This document shows, in pieces, positions 29,185-39,096 of a stretch of DNA of 64,000 nucleotides; the first letter of the stretch is position 1; each line of letters opens with the position of its first letter. The notes beneath the pieces were generated by a model that was not told the origin of the DNA, made no database searches, and was given only the letters and a program-made list of their open reading frames with translations. Made by a program: the position numbers and the translations under genes. Location of the stretch: assembly GCA_945877765.1 (NCBI GenBank), contig CAMDWQ010000003.1, positions 52,168-116,167 on the forward strand, given 5' to 3'. Origin of the DNA: Candidatus Omnitrophota bacterium (lineage in GTDB: Bacteria; Omnitrophota; Gorgyraeia; 2-02-FULL-51-18).

Positions 29185-30230
29185 GGGATAGACAGCGATT
29201 TAAAGCCAAGGGTAAAACTTACCATCAGAAGATTGTGAACCACGTGAGCTGTCATCGAAGGAACCAGTGAACCTGTTTTTTCGTACAGGTAGCAAAGCAT
29301 CATCCCTAAAATAAAAATAGGCAGGAAAGCCGCCAAATTGACATGAAACGCCGCAAAAATTAGCGACGATAGAATCATGGCGGGGATCACCCCGAATCGG
29401 CCGCGAAAAGCCTTGTAGGTGAATCCTCTAAAAAAAATTTCCTCCATGATAGGCCCAATCCCCGCAACAAAAAAAGTAAAAAAAAGTAAATAGGACTGCG
29501 AAGAATCTTTCAGATAAATTTGGACCACATTTTGCGGCGGGGGCTCGTAGGATAAAACCTTCGCCACTAGCACCACAACCAACAAAGTAATAAAAAGAAC
29601 CGGCAGCACGGCCACATAGCCCACGAGGCCGCGGCCTATGTTTCTAAAAAAATCCTTCATCGATAAGCCCAAGTCCGAGAGCCGATGGCCAAGCCTGCGA
29701 ATCAGAAAAATAATAAACAGCGCCGCCAGCGCACCGCGCAGAAGACTATTAGCCATGAGTAAAAAATCCTGCGGAATATCAGGTGTTCCGCTCCAATAAT
29801 AAATAAGAACCTCAATGATGAGCAGAATCGCTTCAATAAAAAACATGAAGATGGTGGCGCTAAAGACATGAGTCCAGTCCCACCGAACAGATTCGTGAGA
29901 CAAACTCGACCCAATCCAAACCTTGTTCTCCCTCAGAGCCAAATAGAAGCGCACATTCAAAAAAAGGCCTATCAAAAAAATAAATAATAGTACCAGAGTA
30001 GCGGCTTGGAGGATTCTAGGATTCTCAGCAATTTTCTTTTCAAAAACTTTCTCTTTTTCTTTAAACTCTTGAAACAGGGAGGCATTGCTTGGCACTGGCG
30101 CTAACGAAGGCTCGTACCGTGACTTGAGCGAATGCGCTCCCAAAATTGAAATCATATAAAATGCTGAGATGAATAAAAGCATTCCCGCAGTGAAAGCATT
30201 GGCTCTCAAAAAGGTTATAAATCGATTCAT
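29181..30230 (-). CDS. CPBP (CAAX/Abi) family intramembrane metalloprotease
   Basis: Multi-TM protein; EEIFFRG, FAAFH, AHVVHN motifs. Confidence 0.9.
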   Translation of the reverse strand: MNRFITFLRANAFTAGMLLFISAFYMISILGAHSLKSRYEPSLAPVPSNASLFQEFKEKEKVFEKKIAENPRILQAATLVLLFIFLIGLFLNVRFYLALRENKVWIGSSLSHESVRWDWTHVFSATIFMFFIEAILLIIEVLIYYWSGTPDIPQDFLLMANSLLRGALAALFIIFLIRRLGHRLSDLGLSMKDFFRNIGRGLVGYVAVLPVLFITLLVVVLVAKVLSYEPPPQNVVQIYLKDSSQSYLLFFTFFVAGIGPIMEEIFFRGFTYKAFRGRFGVIPAMILSSLIFAAFHVNLAAFLPIFILGMMLCYLYEKTGSLVPSMTAHVVHNLLMVSFTLGFKSLSIP

Positions 30231-31003
30231 GGGCGGTCTTTTAAGCTAAAAAAAAGACGAGCGGTCTCAGAGGTGACCCTTTCGATTTCTTCGCGCGCAA
30301 CACTTCTTTTTTCGGCCAAAAAATCAGCAAGATGAGTCAGGCAACAGGGCTCATTTCGCTTTCCGCGAAAGATTTGGGGTGCCAGATAGGGCGAGTCCGT
30401 TTCAAGCATGATTTTATCAAGTGGCACCGCGCGCGCCACTTCTGCCAGCGATACCGCATTCTTAAATGTCAAATTACACGTAAAGGAGATCAAAAAACCA
30501 AGATCAAAAAGCGCCTTCGCCGCCGCCTCGTCGTACGAAAAACAGTGCATCACTCCCCGCAGCTTTCCCTGCCCCTCCTTTTTTAGGATCTCATACGTAT
30601 CGGCAAACGCCTCGCGCGAGTGGACAATGACCGGCAGATCCTGCTCCAACGCCAGACCTATCATTTGAACAAATGTTTTTTTCTGATCCTCGTGCGAAGA
30701 TTGGCTTTTAAAGTAATCCAAACCAATCTCGCCAATGGCCACCGGCTTTGTTTCCTGGACAAAACTTCTTACTGCGGCAAATTCGGCGTCATTAAACTCG
30801 CCCGCGCTGTGCGGATGAAATCCTGCAGTGTGAAAAATGGTTTTGTATTTTAAAGCCAACTCGTAAGAGGCTCTGTTGGTCGGTCCATCAATACCAACGT
30901 TCACCATGTACTGAATCCCAAATTCCTTGGCTCGAGCAATGACGGCCTCACGGTCCAGATCAAAAGCATCCATATAAAGATGGCAGTGCGTGTCGATAAT
31001 CAT
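30227..31003 (-). CDS. tatD: TatD-family nuclease
   Basis: DTHCH, GEIGLDY, VHSRE, HCFS, ETDSPYL. Confidence 0.93.
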   Translation of the reverse strand: MIIDTHCHLYMDAFDLDREAVIARAKEFGIQYMVNVGIDGPTNRASYELALKYKTIFHTAGFHPHSAGEFNDAEFAAVRSFVQETKPVAIGEIGLDYFKSQSSHEDQKKTFVQMIGLALEQDLPVIVHSREAFADTYEILKKEGQGKLRGVMHCFSYDEAAAKALFDLGFLISFTCNLTFKNAVSLAEVARAVPLDKIMLETDSPYLAPQIFRGKRNEPCCLTHLADFLAEKRSVAREEIERVTSETARLFFSLKDRP

Positions 31004-32145
31004 GTGGCGGATTTCCTTAGGCGCTCGACAATGGCCGGCAGCTCCGAGAGTACGTAATCCACTTCATTTTCGGTGGTAAAACGCCCCAGAGAAAATCGGA
31101 CCGCTGCGCGTGCCATTTTCTCATCCAGCCCCATCGCCAACAGAGCGTGGGATGGCTCAATCGATCCGGCCGTGCACGCCGAGCCGGTGGAGACAAAAAT
31201 ATTCTTAAGATCCAAATTGACAAGGATGGTTTCGCCGTCCAATCCTTCAAACGAAACGTTGAGCGTATTATAAATTCTTGATTTGGGATCTCCGTTCAGA
31301 CGAACTCCCTGAATTTTTTTCCAGATACCCTCTTCCAGGCGGTTTCGAAGGCCTTCCACCCTCTTGGACTCGGTGGTACGATTTTTTTGAGCCAGCTCAG
31401 CCGCTTTTCCAAAGCCAACAATCGCCGGCACATTTTCTGTTCCCGGCCTGATGTTCTTTTCCTGATGCCCGCCGTAAAAAACAGGCTTAATTTTTAATCC
31501 CTTTCGAATATAGAAGGCCCCGGATCCCTTGGGACCACAAATTTTGTGCGCGGAAATGGAAAGAAGATCAATTCCTGCTTCTGCGGGATGAATCTGCATT
31601 TTGCCAAAAGACTGAACAGCGTCCACATGAAAGTAGGCGCCTTTTTCATGGGCAATCTGGGCCGCTTCGCTGATCGGTTGAATCGTGCCAATCTCATTGT
31701 TCACATGCATGAGACTCACCAAAGAGGTGTGCTCTGTGACCGATTTTTTAAGAATATCCAAATCGACGATTCCGTGAGCATTTACCGGCACCACCGTCAC
31801 CTCACAACCAAGACCGCCGAGATATTTAGCCGTGCTCAACACCGCCTGATGCTCGATTGAGGAAACCACCAAATGCTTGCGCTCAAGAAGACGCGAAACC
31901 ATCGTACCGCGGAGCGCTAGATTATCCGATTCTGTGCCCCCCGAAGTAAAGATGACATCCCCCGGCTCAACAGCGAGCAAATCGGCTAATTTTTCGCGCG
32001 CATGTTCCACCGCGTGGCGTGCCGCCTGCCCTTTGCGATGAATGCTCGATGCGTTGGCAAACTCCTCCGTAAAATACGGCCTCATCGCCTCTAAAACAGA
32101 AGCGTCTACCGGAGTTGTTGCGTTGTAATCTAAATAAGCTTCCAT
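31000..32145 (-). CDS. iscS: Cysteine desulfurase (IscS/NifS)
   Basis: YLDYNATTP, SAHK, RPGTEN, STGSAC. Confidence 0.92.
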   Translation of the reverse strand: MEAYLDYNATTPVDASVLEAMRPYFTEEFANASSIHRKGQAARHAVEHAREKLADLLAVEPGDVIFTSGGTESDNLALRGTMVSRLLERKHLVVSSIEHQAVLSTAKYLGGLGCEVTVVPVNAHGIVDLDILKKSVTEHTSLVSLMHVNNEIGTIQPISEAAQIAHEKGAYFHVDAVQSFGKMQIHPAEAGIDLLSISAHKICGPKGSGAFYIRKGLKIKPVFYGGHQEKNIRPGTENVPAIVGFGKAAELAQKNRTTESKRVEGLRNRLEEGIWKKIQGVRLNGDPKSRIYNTLNVSFEGLDGETILVNLDLKNIFVSTGSACTAGSIEPSHALLAMGLDEKMARAAVRFSLGRFTTENEVDYVLSELPAIVERLRKSAT

Positions 32146-32182
32146 ATTTTCATCCCAGTCAATCCGTCATCCCAACCAAACC

Positions 32183-32215
32183 GTCATTCCCGAGAGTTCT
32201 AATCGGGAATCAAAC
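32183..32215. repeat. REP-like half element
   Basis: gtcattcccgagagttctaatcgggaatcaaac, preceded by a truncated gtcatccc at 32166. Confidence 0.8.
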
Positions 32216-32241
32216 TTGGTATTAACGTGTTCTTCGGTGTT

Positions 32242-32409
32242 GCGCCGGGGCCTGTCCGGGGAAGCTTTTCGGGCCGGCGTTTAATTTGCCCCGCCGTGGC
32301 AAATTAAACTCGATAGATAAGGACTCGCTCGTCCCATCTATTACGATGGGACACCATGGCCGCTCGTCTTATCTACGCGTCCCAAAAAGATTCCCCGGCC
32401 ACCCGGCGC
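32242..32409 (-). repeat. ~170-bp multi-stem structured intergenic element, copy 2 (opposite orientation)
   Basis: Reverse complement reads acgcgtagataagacgagcggccatggtgtcccatcgtaatagatgggacgagcgagtccttatctatcgagtttaatttgcc...ggcaaattaaacgccggc. Confidence 0.9.
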
Positions 32410-32421
32410 GGTGTTAAAAAA

Positions 32422-34062
32422 CTATTCTTTTTTAGCTTCAATTCTTGGAAAAAGAGGCGTGCCCTTTTCAATTTTTCCGCCTGCCTTAAAATAACCCCAT
32501 ACATCGTCACAAAAAGGTGACTCCGTGATAGGTTTTTTAATCCCCAATTGTCGTCTAATCGCTTCCCCGGTCTCAGGAATAAATGGACCAACCACCTCAG
32601 CAATAAATCTTAAGACCTCCAAAAGGGAAAGAATCACCAAAGCTAGTTCGTCTTTGTTTTCCTGTTTCGCCAATTTCCAAGGAGCTGTGAGTTCTATATA
32701 TTTATTTGCTTCGCTAATTAATTGCCAAATATCAGAAATAGCGTTTGAAAAATCAAGTTTTTCAAAATAACCAGGCAATCTTCTTGAGCGATCATTCATG
32801 GCTATTCTTAATGCATAAGACCTGGCAACTATTTCGTTATCGCCCAATTGAATCAATTTTTCTTTTTCCGGATACTCCTGCCCCGAGAACGCGCTAAATC
32901 GATCTAAAAAAGGATTGTCTCTCGGGATATTTCCATCAAAATATTTTTCGCACATCGTAAGGGTGCGGTGAAGAAGATTCCCCAAGTCGTTGGCCAAGTC
33001 TGTATTAAAGCGACTGGTTAGGGCTTCTTCAGAGAAAGTTCCATCCGAACCAAATGGCGCCTCACTCAACAGAAAATACCGGTACGGATCAACGCCATAG
33101 GTTTTTACAATTTCGATGGGGTCCACGGCATTGCCTTTGGATTTGGACATTTTTTCTCCGCCGGTCACCCACCAGCCGTGGGCGAAGATCATTTTTGGCA
33201 ATTCAAGCTCAAGCGCATACAAAAGTATCGGCCAGATCACTGCATGATGCCGGATAATGTCTTTACCAATGATGTGGACATCGGCGGGCCACCATTTTTT
33301 CATCTGGGCGTCATCTGAGCCATAGCCAACCGCTGAGACATAATTAATGAGAGCGTCAAACCAAACATACGTCACATGATCCGGATCAAACGGAATAGGA
33401 ATGCCCCATGCCAGGCGATTTTTCGGACGCGAAACGCTTAAGTCTGTTAGTTTGTTATGCTCCAAAAATCCCAAAACTTCATTTCGGCGCGTCTCAGGAA
33501 GAATCTTAAATTTTCCCTGTCGGATATCCTGGGTCAAGCGCTCTTGATAAGCAGACATTCGGAAAAAATAGGTGTCCTCTTTCATTTGTTCAACAGGTTT
33601 TTTGCAATCAGGACACAATCCTGGGTTGTTGGGGTCCAACAACCCCTCGGTGATAAACGTTTCGCAGGAAACGCAATACCAGCCGTCGTACGTGTGGGAA
33701 TAAAGGATATTCTCACCGTTAATCTTTTTGTCTTTAAGTTTTTCCCAGACGTACCGGACCGTTTTCTTATGGCGTTCTTCTGTCGTGCGGATGAAATCAT
33801 CGTTGGAAATGTTCAAGAGCTTCCAAAGATCGCTGAAGGTCTGTGATATTTTGTCTGTAAACTCCTGCGGAGCCATGCCTGCAGCCTGCGCGGCCTTATC
33901 GATTTTCTGGCCATGCTCGTCGGTGCCCGTCAGAAATTTGACCTCGTTGCCAATAAGGCGGTTAAAACGCGCCAGCGCATCGGCGGCGATGTTGGTATAC
34001 GAGTGGCCGATGTGGGGCCTGGAATTGACATAATAGAGCGGGGTGGTCAGATAATATTTCAT
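32422..34062 (-). CDS. metG: Methionyl-tRNA synthetase (short form, no C-terminal tRNA-binding domain)
   Basis: HIGH, TGTDEHGQK, YVWFDAL, GKDI, KMSKS; start taken at MKYYLTT (34062). Confidence 0.96.
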   Translation of the reverse strand: MKYYLTTPLYYVNSRPHIGHSYTNIAADALARFNRLIGNEVKFLTGTDEHGQKIDKAAQAAGMAPQEFTDKISQTFSDLWKLLNISNDDFIRTTEERHKKTVRYVWEKLKDKKINGENILYSHTYDGWYCVSCETFITEGLLDPNNPGLCPDCKKPVEQMKEDTYFFRMSAYQERLTQDIRQGKFKILPETRRNEVLGFLEHNKLTDLSVSRPKNRLAWGIPIPFDPDHVTYVWFDALINYVSAVGYGSDDAQMKKWWPADVHIIGKDIIRHHAVIWPILLYALELELPKMIFAHGWWVTGGEKMSKSKGNAVDPIEIVKTYGVDPYRYFLLSEAPFGSDGTFSEEALTSRFNTDLANDLGNLLHRTLTMCEKYFDGNIPRDNPFLDRFSAFSGQEYPEKEKLIQLGDNEIVARSYALRIAMNDRSRRLPGYFEKLDFSNAISDIWQLISEANKYIELTAPWKLAKQENKDELALVILSLLEVLRFIAEVVGPFIPETGEAIRRQLGIKKPITESPFCDDVWGYFKAGGKIEKGTPLFPRIEAKKE

Positions 34063-34075
34063 AAACTTTCTTTTT

Positions 34076-34951
34076 TTAAAATTTTTCAGCCAACGCCAAC
34101 TCATCCCGAAGCACAGATAGAGCCAGCTTAAGATTAGCGGACGCCTTCATATTTTCATAAAATTTTGAAAGAACATCTATTCTATCTGCCAAATCGTCTT
34201 CAGAGAAGCTGTTTAAAGCTCTCTCCTTAAGAGGTCTGTCCTCGATAAATCCGAGCAACTGCTCAGCGCCGGCACTTAAAATCAGCATGTCACGTAAATC
34301 GCTAATCGCCAAATTCAGCACTTTTAGCGCCCCTTCACGTTCTAGTGATACCGTGTCGGCTGTCTTCCACTCATGCTCTCCGCAAATGAAAGCCAAGAGT
34401 TCGTGTCGGGCGGCCTGGATCTCGGGGTCAGGCGCCACGTCGCTAACCACCGGCAAAAAATGAATCGTCTGGACACGCGAACGTATTGTCGGAAGCAGCT
34501 TTTCTGCCGCATAACAAATTAATATAAAATGAGTTCCGTTTGGAGGCTCTTCGAGCGTTTTCAAGATTGCGTTTTGAGCGATGTCGTTCATCAGCTCGGC
34601 ATGATCAATGACAAATATTTTTACAGGAGCCTGAAAAGGCTTAAAACTGGCCTTTCCAATCAATTCACGAATCGATTCGATTTTAATCGCATGCCCCTCT
34701 TGGGGCTCAAGAATCAGAAAATCGGGATGATGCCCTGCGGTGATTTGCCGGCAATGGGGGCACTCACCGCAAGACTCCTCATTTTTTTTATTCCCACAAA
34801 AAATAGTTTTTGCCAAATTGGCGGCAACCTCTCTCTGACCCGCTTCCAAAGGCCCCAAAAATAAAAGAGCATGCGGCAGCCTATTTCTTTCCAAGTATTT
34901 TTTGAGAGTGGCCGCCACTGCTGGCTGCAAAAGATTAGCTTTCAAGGACAC
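34076..34951 (-). CDS. holB: DNA polymerase III delta' subunit
   Basis: HALLF, C-x-x-C Zn motif, HPDF, NAILKTLEEP, LLPTIRSR. Confidence 0.92.
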   Translation of the reverse strand: MSLKANLLQPAVAATLKKYLERNRLPHALLFLGPLEAGQREVAANLAKTIFCGNKKNEESCGECPHCRQITAGHHPDFLILEPQEGHAIKIESIRELIGKASFKPFQAPVKIFVIDHAELMNDIAQNAILKTLEEPPNGTHFILICYAAEKLLPTIRSRVQTIHFLPVVSDVAPDPEIQAARHELLAFICGEHEWKTADTVSLEREGALKVLNLAISDLRDMLILSAGAEQLLGFIEDRPLKERALNSFSEDDLADRIDVLSKFYENMKASANLKLALSVLRDELALAEKF

Positions 34952-35585
34952 GTAAAATCTCCAATTTTATTTTTTCATGAACTACTTCAATAGAATCTTT
35001 TGGTACTATCTGCAGGCAACGAAACCGGCTGGGCTCCTGCCGCGCAATCCATCGATAACCTTGGCGGACCCGTTGATGAAAAAGAAGGGCTTTCCTCTCC
35101 ATGCGATCTGCCTTTTTATGGGACACCGCGCGCCGCAGCCCCACCGCTAAGGGTAAATCTAAAAATAAACTAAGAGCCGGCTTGACTCCTTGAGTAGCTT
35201 TTTCTGCAAGAGACTGAATCCACTTGGCATCCACACTCCCGCCAAATCCCTGATACGCCACCGTTGCATCCGACCAGCGGTCACACAAAACAATTTCACC
35301 TTTAGCCAGACGCGGGGCAATAATTTCCTCCACCAGCTGGGCACGACTAGCCATGTAGAGCAGAGTTTCCGTCACAGCAGTAAGCGATTTATTTTTATTA
35401 TCCAAAAGGATTTCACGGATCGCATCCCCCACGCGCGTGCCGCCGGGCTCGCGTGTTAAAAAAACGCGCCTTTGCTTCTTTTTTAAAAATTGATAAAGCA
35501 GTTTTATCTGGGTTGATTTTCCGCAACCCTCGTTGCCCTCCAGCGTAATCAACATTCCTTTTTTCTTCACAGCCGGACCCTCCAA
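34935..35585 (-). CDS. tmk: Thymidylate kinase
   Basis: EGNEGCGKSTQ, TREPGGT, DR, YQG. Confidence 0.95.
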   Translation of the reverse strand: MEGPAVKKKGMLITLEGNEGCGKSTQIKLLYQFLKKKQRRVFLTREPGGTRVGDAIREILLDNKNKSLTAVTETLLYMASRAQLVEEIIAPRLAKGEIVLCDRWSDATVAYQGFGGSVDAKWIQSLAEKATQGVKPALSLFLDLPLAVGLRRAVSHKKADRMERKALLFHQRVRQGYRWIARQEPSRFRCLQIVPKDSIEVVHEKIKLEILRVLES

Positions 35586-36988
35586 GTCGTGCGGCCATCA
35601 GCTAAATCGCGCAGCTCAATATGGCGTTGGGTTAGCAAACGATTTCTGATCTCGTCCGCTTTCGCAAAATCTTTATTTTTACGTGCAGCGGCGCGTTCGG
35701 CGATTCCCCGCTCGATCTCAGGCTTGATGGCGCTGGCGTCTTCGCTTTGGTCAAATACGACGCCAAACACTTCCGAACCAAAATTCCGGATAGCGGCGGC
35801 GGCGCTTACCTGAGCGATCTGGTCCTTGGATTTATAGGTTTCGTGGATCAACCCCTGCATCAGCGTCAGCACTTCCGGCGTGTTGAAATCATTATCCATC
35901 GCCTGACGGAAAGACTGGTGAATCTCCGTCACCCGTTTCTCGGCCAGTTTGACCCCGCTCTTCTCCACTGCGCGCGAGGAATCAAAAAAATCAAGGAAGC
36001 GCCTCCAGATCTGCCGCTCCATCTTGACGCGCTCAGGCGTATAATCCAGCGGCGCACTGTAATGAGTCCCCAAAAAAGACAGCTTCAATATTTCATCGCC
36101 AAAACTAGGGTCTTCTTTCATGACTTCGGTCAGCGTGATAAAATTTTTAAGCGACTTAGACATTTTTTTTCCGCTGATCGTGATCAAGCCATGGTGCATC
36201 CACAGATTCACAAAAGGATTTCCTGTCGCACAACAAGACTGAGCATTTTCATTCTCATGATGCGGAAAAATCAAGTCACGTCCACCGCCATGAATGTCAA
36301 AAGCCCCGTTAAAATACGAAAGACTCATCGCCGAACACTCGATGTGCCATCCGGGACGTCCCCTTTTACCCGCAACAGGTCCTTCCCAAGAAGGTTCTCC
36401 TTCTTTGGTTTCCTTCCAGAGCGCAAAGTCCAAGGGGTAGCGTTTGAGTGGATTGGCTTCCACACGCGCATCTTCGAGCATCTGATCCATGCGCTGGTGA
36501 GAAACTTCGCCGTATTTGCCAAACGAACTGACTTCAAAATAGACGTCTCCGCCCGCAATATAAGCGTGTTTTTTCTCTATCAAACTTTTAATCATCTCAA
36601 TCATCTGAGGAATAAACTCAGTCGCCTTAGGCTCAAAATCAGGATCCTGCAAACCTAAGCGCTTGAGGTCCTTTTTATAAAGTTCAAAATATTTTCCCGA
36701 AACTTGGGCAGTAGCCTCGTTTAAGTCCGCCATCCCCAGCGTGCGCGCTTTTTCAATGATCTTGTCATCCACATCGGTCACATTTCGAGCAAACTTCACC
36801 TGGTAGCCTGAAAACTTAAGATAGTTTCGCACCATGTCAAAAACGTAGGCAGAGCGCAAATGTCCAATATGCGGCTCGTCATAGACGGTGGGACCGCAAA
36901 CGTACATTTTAACCTCTTTGCCTTTAGGATCTAAAAGCCTGAGGTCTTCTTTTTGCTTCGTTAGAGAGTTGTAAATACGAATAGGCAT
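35567..36988 (-). CDS. cysS: Cysteinyl-tRNA synthetase
   Basis: MYVCGPTVY, HIGH, GRPGWHIECSAM, FPHHENE, KMSKS. Confidence 0.97.
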   Translation of the reverse strand: MPIRIYNSLTKQKEDLRLLDPKGKEVKMYVCGPTVYDEPHIGHLRSAYVFDMVRNYLKFSGYQVKFARNVTDVDDKIIEKARTLGMADLNEATAQVSGKYFELYKKDLKRLGLQDPDFEPKATEFIPQMIEMIKSLIEKKHAYIAGGDVYFEVSSFGKYGEVSHQRMDQMLEDARVEANPLKRYPLDFALWKETKEGEPSWEGPVAGKRGRPGWHIECSAMSLSYFNGAFDIHGGGRDLIFPHHENENAQSCCATGNPFVNLWMHHGLITISGKKMSKSLKNFITLTEVMKEDPSFGDEILKLSFLGTHYSAPLDYTPERVKMERQIWRRFLDFFDSSRAVEKSGVKLAEKRVTEIHQSFRQAMDNDFNTPEVLTLMQGLIHETYKSKDQIAQVSAAAAIRNFGSEVFGVVFDQSEDASAIKPEIERGIAERAAARKNKDFAKADEIRNRLLTQRHIELRDLADGRTTWRVRL

Positions 36989-37001
36989 ATTTTTTAAGCA
37001 C

Positions 37002-37168
37002 GAGGCGGTTTAGCGATAAATCTTTTATGGCCGCGTTGATGAGGCGAACGGCCATGGTGTCCCCATCGTAGTAGATGGGGACGAGCGAGCCCTCATCTAT
37101 CGAGTTAAATTTTCCTCGGAGGGGAAAATTTAACGCCGGCCAGAAAAGATTTATCGCTAAACCGCCTC
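37002..37168 (+). repeat. ~170-bp multi-stem structured intergenic element, copy 3
   Basis: Outer stem gaggcggtttagcgataaatctttt / aaaagatttatcgctaaaccgcctc encloses the same core as 13282-13456. Confidence 0.9.
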
Positions 37169-37171
37169 ACA

Positions 37172-37912
37172 CTAAGACTTTGGTTTTTTATCCTTTAGCT
37201 CATCTTCAATCTTTTGAATTTCCTGCTCAATTTTGTCCAGCGTCTGATTTAGCGGATCCGGCAGGTTGCAATAATCAACATCCCCTTTATCTACACGCTG
37301 GCCTTCGCGGCGGGTAATGCGGCCGGGAACTCCAACCACGGTGGAGTTAGCGGGTACATCGTGAATTACCACGGCATTCGCGCCAACGCTGACATTATCC
37401 CCTAACACAATATTGCCCAACACTTTGGCACCGGCACCTACAACCACGTTATTTCCCAGAGTCGGATGTCTCTTTCCCTTTTCTTTACCGGTACCGCCAA
37501 GCGTTACACCCTGAAAAAGAGTGACATTCTCCCCAATTATCGTCGTTTCCCCAATCACCACTCCCATCCCGTGATCGATAAAAAGACCTTTACCGATCTG
37601 CGCACCCGGGTGAATTTCGATACCGGTAAACAAGCGCGACCACTGGGAGATCACTCGGGCGATAAAATGAAGCTTTAAACGATAAAAAATATGCGCGATC
37701 CGGTAAGAGAAAAACGCGCTGATGCCCGGATAAGTCAAAATGATCACAAGGCTTCCCGTGGCGGCCGGATCGCGTTCGAGTGTAGCCCGGATTTCATGCC
37801 GAAAAAAAATCTTGTAAACAATGATCTTGAGGATCACCAGAAACAGGATTAAAATAAAACCTACAACAATTCCGGCTAGACCTAAAAATAAAAGAAAAAA
37901 GGGGATGCCCAC
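37172..37912 (-). CDS. cysE: Serine O-acetyltransferase with an N-terminal hydrophobic extension
   Basis: RDPAA, TGIEIHPGA, IDHGMGVVIGET, TLGGTG, RHPT. Confidence 0.93.
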   Translation of the reverse strand: MGIPFFLLFLGLAGIVVGFILILFLVILKIIVYKIFFRHEIRATLERDPAATGSLVIILTYPGISAFFSYRIAHIFYRLKLHFIARVISQWSRLFTGIEIHPGAQIGKGLFIDHGMGVVIGETTIIGENVTLFQGVTLGGTGKEKGKRHPTLGNNVVVGAGAKVLGNIVLGDNVSVGANAVVIHDVPANSTVVGVPGRITRREGQRVDKGDVDYCNLPDPLNQTLDKIEQEIQKIEDELKDKKPKS

Positions 37913-37916
37913 AGTA

Positions 37917-38393
37917 TTACTTTCCTTTTTTTAATAATACAACCACATGGCAAGCAATCGCCTGTCCCTTGCCGGTCGCGTCAAGACCTTCATTGGTCTT
38001 GGCTTTTATATTCACCTGGCCTATCTTAAGACCCCAGGCACTTGATAAACTTTTGCGTATCTTTTCTTTATAAACGGAAAGTTTCGGTCTCTCGGCCACA
38101 ATCACCGAATCAATTTGCGTGACACAAAAACCTTCTTTCGCCAAAATCTTCCTTACTTTCTCAACAAATACAAAACTGTCGCGATTTTTGTTACGAGCGT
38201 CCCGGTCGGAAAAAAATTCTCCAATATCCCCCAAACCAGCCGCTCCCAACGCCGCATCAACCACTGCGTGATGGAGCACATCCCCATCCGAATGACCCAA
38301 AAGCCCCTTGTGAAAGGGGATTTCGACACCCCCCAGGATTAGCCTCCGACCCCGAACCAACCGATGAATATCATAACCGATTCCGACTCGCAT
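37917..38393 (-). CDS. ispF: 2-C-methyl-D-erythritol 2,4-cyclodiphosphate synthase
   Basis: GYDIH, GHSDGDV, GDIG, KAKTNE. Confidence 0.96.
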   Translation of the reverse strand: MRVGIGYDIHRLVRGRRLILGGVEIPFHKGLLGHSDGDVLHHAVVDAALGAAGLGDIGEFFSDRDARNKNRDSFVFVEKVRKILAKEGFCVTQIDSVIVAERPKLSVYKEKIRKSLSSAWGLKIGQVNIKAKTNEGLDATGKGQAIACHVVVLLKKGK

Positions 38394-38394
38394 T

Positions 38395-39096
38395 TCACCC
38401 TCTCTGCCGGCTGGCGGAACTTTTTAAATAGAAGCGAAAAAGCTCAATATCCTCAAAAGTTGTAATTTTTAAATTGCTCTCCTCCCCGGGCGCAATCATG
38501 ACTTTCATGCCTGAGCCGTCAAAAAAAGACGCTTCGTCCGTCAATTTCATCGCTTTGTTTCCCAATGCCTTATAACGGCCAAGAAGTTTTTCTTTTTTGA
38601 ATACCTGCGGTGTCTGTGCCAAATAAAGGGCCGCGCGATCCTCAGTCTTAGTAATCACTTTGTCAGGGCCCGCTCGCTTCACCGTTGCTGTCACAGGAAT
38701 CGCCGTGATGGCTCCACCTGTTTTTTTGGCAGATTTCAAAGCATCCAAAATAATTCGACGGCTAACCAAAGGACGAGCCGCGTCATGCACCAACACCCAA
38801 TCGGATTTAGCTGAAACACGCGACAACGCATTTCTTACAGACTCTGCGCGAGTCGCGCCGCCGGGGACAAGCACTATGGAATGAAGACCGAGCGCTGAAG
38901 CAATTTTTTGAATCTCTTTAAAATTATCGGGATGTGACGCTATAAGAATTTCTCTGAAGCGATAGGCCCGAGAAATATTTTTTAATGTATAAAACAAGAT
39001 CGGTTTGCCATCTACCTTAAAAAAAAGCTTCGACTTTTTTAAGCCGAAACGGCGACTGCTCCCAGCGGCCGGCAGTATCGCGGAAATTCCATTCAT
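38395..39096 (-). CDS. ispD: 2-C-methyl-D-erythritol 4-phosphate cytidylyltransferase
   Basis: [32 protein letters not shown]. Confidence 0.95.
   Translation of the reverse strand: MNGISAILPAAGSSRRFGLKKSKLFFKVDGKPILFYTLKNISRAYRFREILIASHPDNFKEIQKIASALGLHSIVLVPGGATRAESVRNALSRVSAKSDWVLVHDAARPLVSRRIILDALKSAKKTGGAITAIPVTATVKRAGPDKVITKTEDRAALYLAQTPQVFKKEKLLGRYKALGNKAMKLTDEASFFDGSGMKVMIAPGEESNLKITTFEDIELFRFYLKSSASRQRG

Noticed and set aside
35747-36658. 303-aa plus-strand ORF (and other plus-strand ORFs such as 55249-55926, 43906-44457)
   Set aside because: Antisense shadows of conserved minus-strand genes (cysS, secA, clpC) with no recognisable motifs.
37002-37168. T-box/riboswitch or known ribozyme (hammerhead, HDV-like) upstream of cysS
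   Set aside because: No T-box consensus or terminator; homologous copies lie in unrelated contexts and in both orientations; the TGATGAG..GAA hammerhead-like string is not conserved in the other copies, and no HDV double pseudoknot could be traced.
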